In this document: piece by piece, positions 61,085-64,000 of the stretch
Numbering within the stretch: position 1 is the first letter of the stretch
Layout of the letters: each line of letters begins with the position of its first letter
Origin: Octopus sinensis
Taxonomy: Eukaryota
Assembly: GCF_006345805.1 (NCBI RefSeq)
Contig: NC_043002.1
Location: 41,230,001 to 41,294,000, forward strand
DNA length: 64,000 nt
Direction: 5' to 3'
Position numbers and translations under genes: made by a program
Notes under the pieces: model-generated
The model's input: the letters and a program-made list of their open reading frames with translations, nothing else
Databases searched by the model: none
Told to the model about the DNA's origin: nothing

Positions 61085-61297
61085 GGTGAGGGTTCCAGTT
61101 GATCCGACCAAGGGAACAGCCTGCTTAAGAAATTAATGTGCAAGCAGCTGAGCACTTCACAGACTCTCATACCCTTAAGTAGTTCTCAAGGAGATTCAGC
61201 ATGACACAGAATGTGACAAGTCTGGTTCTTTGAAATATAGGTTCTACTCATTTTTGCCAGCTGAATGGACAGGAGCAACGTGAAATAAAGTGTCTTG
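61085..61297 (-). mobile_element. SINE family C, 5'-truncated
   Basis: GGTTCCAGTTGATCCG...TTTTTGCCAGCTGAATGGACAGGAGCAACGTGAAATAAAGTGTCTTG. Confidence 0.85.
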
Positions 61298-61394
61298 ACA
61301 TGTGTAAATAAAAGTTTATCAAACGTCTGTCAAAACACAATTTGGTGTTGGTATTAATATGCGGCAGCACGCAGCTTAAACTTCGTATCACAGG

Positions 61395-61700
61395 CGCAAA
61401 TGTGGCTGTGGTAAGAAGTTTGCTTCCCAACTTCATGATTCCGGGTTCAGTCCCACTGCATGGCACCTTGGGCAAGTATCTTCTACTATAGCTTAGGGCT
61501 GGCCAAAACCTTGCGAGTGAATTTGGTAGATGGAAATTGAAAGAAGCCCATCGTCTGTGTGTGTGTGCATGTGTTATTGTCTTCATTTGTCCCCACCCAC
61601 CACCGCTTCACAATTGGTGTTGATTTGTTTATGTTCTCGTAACTTAACGGTTCAGCCAAAGAAACCGATAGGATAAGTAGCAGGCTTTAAAAAACAGCAC
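61395..61700 (+). mobile_element. SINE family A, 3'-incomplete
   Basis: GTGGCTGTGGTAAGAAG...CCGGGTTCAGTCCCACTGC...GATAGGATAAGTAGCAGGCTT. Confidence 0.88.
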
Positions 61701-62078
61701 TGGGTTGGTGGTGGTTGCACGACGGTGGTGGCGGAGGCGGAGGCGGTGGAAGCGGCGGGTGTAGTGAGGTGATGGCCGCGGCGGCAAGGTGGTAGTGGTG
61801 GTGGTGGTAAATGGTTCTTCCGATTCTACCGATTCCCCGCCCACCTATATAATAAATTGGTGGTACAGTAGAGTCTGAGGAAACTAGTGATGGTATGTGT
61901 AAGCAAATAATAAATATATATACAAAGAGATTGCATTAAATGGAAGAAGTCAGTTTACCGCGAAGGAAAACAAGAAGAAGCGAGGTGTTTCGGGTAGCCC
62001 TTTTGTCGGAGAATAAGAAATTACTGCCAATACTAAATCATATAGAGAGTAGCAGTGTATGTATAGGTGGGGAAATGA

Positions 62079-62172
<94 letters not shown>

Positions 62173-62445
62173 GAGACAGACAGACAGAGACAGACAGACA
62201 GACAGACAGACACACACAGACAGGTAGACACACAGACAGACAGACAGGCAGGCAGACAGACAGACAGACGCACAGACAGACAGACAGACAGACAGAAGAA
62301 GGAGAGGGGAGGGAGGGAGGAAGAGAGAGAATTATTCATACATCAACAGCAGCAGTAGCAGCAAATAACTAATAGTGAAATCAATTTAGAATGTGTGGAT
62401 CTCGAAGCAAAAAAGCTATAAATGACAGCGTGTAAATACTCGAAG

Positions 62446-62747
62446 CGCTAGCGGAGCTGTGGCGGGGGCGGTAGTGTCAGTCCGCCCCGGGCGGCACTTT
62501 TAAAGGGGCGACACTTTTAAAGAGGTGGGACTTGAAAAGGGGCGGCACTTTTCATCCTGTTGTGGGCTATAAGCCGGAATAGATTATATTGAAATAGTAC
62601 GGTTTGCGATAATTCCCGGTATCATAAAAAAATCACTGGAAATGCACGACTTTTGAGTCTGCTGTAGGTAATATGTGTTTTTTTGTGGAGTCCGGGGACA
62701 GTAAATGGAAGGGCCGCCCTGGGCGGTACATTTTAGCTACGCTAGTG
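62446..62747. mobile_element. GC-rich hAT (Tip100-like) MITE
   Basis: TIRs CGCTAGCGGAGCT / AGCTACGCTAGTG; 8-bp TSD ACTCGAAG (62438-62445) / ACTCGAAC (62748-62755); subterminal CCGCCC.GGGCGG repeats. Confidence 0.85.
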
Positions 62748-62987
62748 ACTCGAACGTTGCATCTCAAGCAACCAAGAGAACAGTGAGCGATCGAGCGATC
62801 GTCGACATGGCGCTCGTTCGACTTGCTAGAAATAGCTTCTAAATCTTCCTTAACACTGTCGTGTTAAACAAATTGGATAATAATGCCGTCTCATAAATCC
62901 TTTAAAAAACAGGATGTTACTGCTGGAGCATTATTGATAAAAGGTTGCTTGATTTAAAGTTCACTTAGGAGAGGCCTAGAAAACAGT

Positions 62988-63020
<33 letters not shown>

Positions 63021-64000
63021 CAGCTTACTAGGCTATTCAAGTTGATATATTGGACATTTCTAAGAATTTTGAAGATGTGGTATGAAAACTTGGGGATTTG
63101 GTGATATATCTTGAGGGAGAAATGAATTCAATGTTTAGAGTGAAATGTTTTCACATTAGTTTGTCAAGAATAACTTTTATCTGTTGAATTGCCTAAGAAT
63201 TTCAGAGCAGGTTTCTGCTCTAAGAACGTTCGTATGTGTATATTTCTATGTAAGTATGTGCATATATGAGTCCATACATGAATAAGGAAAAAAAAAACTA
63301 GTGGATATCAGGAAGGATATTTAGAAAGCTTTTAGCCCACTAATTTAATATAATGTTCGGTGATGGCACTGGATTCAAATAAGGTTGCCTGCAGATGTAT
63401 TTTATTTTTATTGCCAATCTAGACGATAAGGATGCAATATCATATTTCACCACTACTAAAGTAGGGATCTGTTGAAGAATGTTGTATTGCAGAGTTCAAC
63501 GTAACGTATGATGGTAAGTTTGACAAAACAAATCGTAGAAAAGCCTGATGAAGTGATTTACCATCAGGGAGATTTGTGGCTGGTTGTACAAAATTCCTTC
63601 TGCAAGACTTTCTTTATTATCCCCGGCTTCATGAATAGCATGAAGTTAATCCAAGTGGGGTTTATTTTAGGACAATCGAACTCAAAACCACAATAATTAA
63701 TGAACTTTATCTTCAAAAGCTCTGAGATAACCCTAGAACACATAGTGCAAACAGCACATACGCATATAAGCATTGCACCCTCTAAAGTATACTGCAGACA
63801 AGGATTAAATAATACATGTGTAAAAATAAAAAGATAGAAAGTAATAAAAACCGACTCTCTTTCCCTCACTGTGTTATAATTAATGAATTAATATCAAATT
63901 AATTAACAAATAATTTCTTTAAATCGTTCGTGATGTCGTTACATGTAATCGTGTACATTGCTGTAATATAAGTAACTGTAGCCGAGGATCTTTTCATATC

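Noticed and set aside
63543-63568. CCTGATGAAG...CATCAGG
   Set aside because: A simple hairpin that pairs the CTGATG itself; no GAAAC or stem III.
63564-63869. 101-aa minus-strand ORF with an acceptor-like TCCTTGTCTGCAG
   Set aside because: No recognisable motif, the start lies in a purine repeat, and there is no donor or partner exons.

Overview
AT-rich eukaryotic DNA, almost entirely microsatellites and transposable elements. The SINE families, RTE/R4 LINEs and huge (TA)n/(CAT)n/(AAT)n tracts resemble an octopus genome (inference from repeat content; no search run). No host protein-coding gene can be supported, and most listed ORFs are microsatellite translations. Recognisable elements: a 5'-truncated, frameshifted RTE LINE (48.4-51.9 kb, APE + RT + PHD-like finger) plus many 3'-tail copies; at least seven R4/Dong-clade LINE fragments, most abutting (AAT)n; an internally deleted 4-kb Helitron with intact ends and a nested antisense Helitron; several Tc1/mariner relics including a DD37D element; hAT MITEs with 8-bp TSDs; fold-back MITEs; and about 35 copies of six tRNA-derived SINE families. 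The most interesting signal is invisible in the ORF track: nine minimal type I hammerhead-ribozyme motifs from several unrelated sequence families between 10.9 and 35.2 kb. They sit in short non-coding elements beside (TA)n/(TAA)n, often as divergent inverted pairs. One pair is a perfect 166-bp palindrome with an intact catalytic core, and one motif lies in a tRNA-headed SINE-like unit. This suggests diverse Penelope-like or retrozyme-type elements. Self-cleavage is untested and most copies are degenerate. Coordinates were read by eye; element edges are approximate unless a TSD or TIR is quoted.
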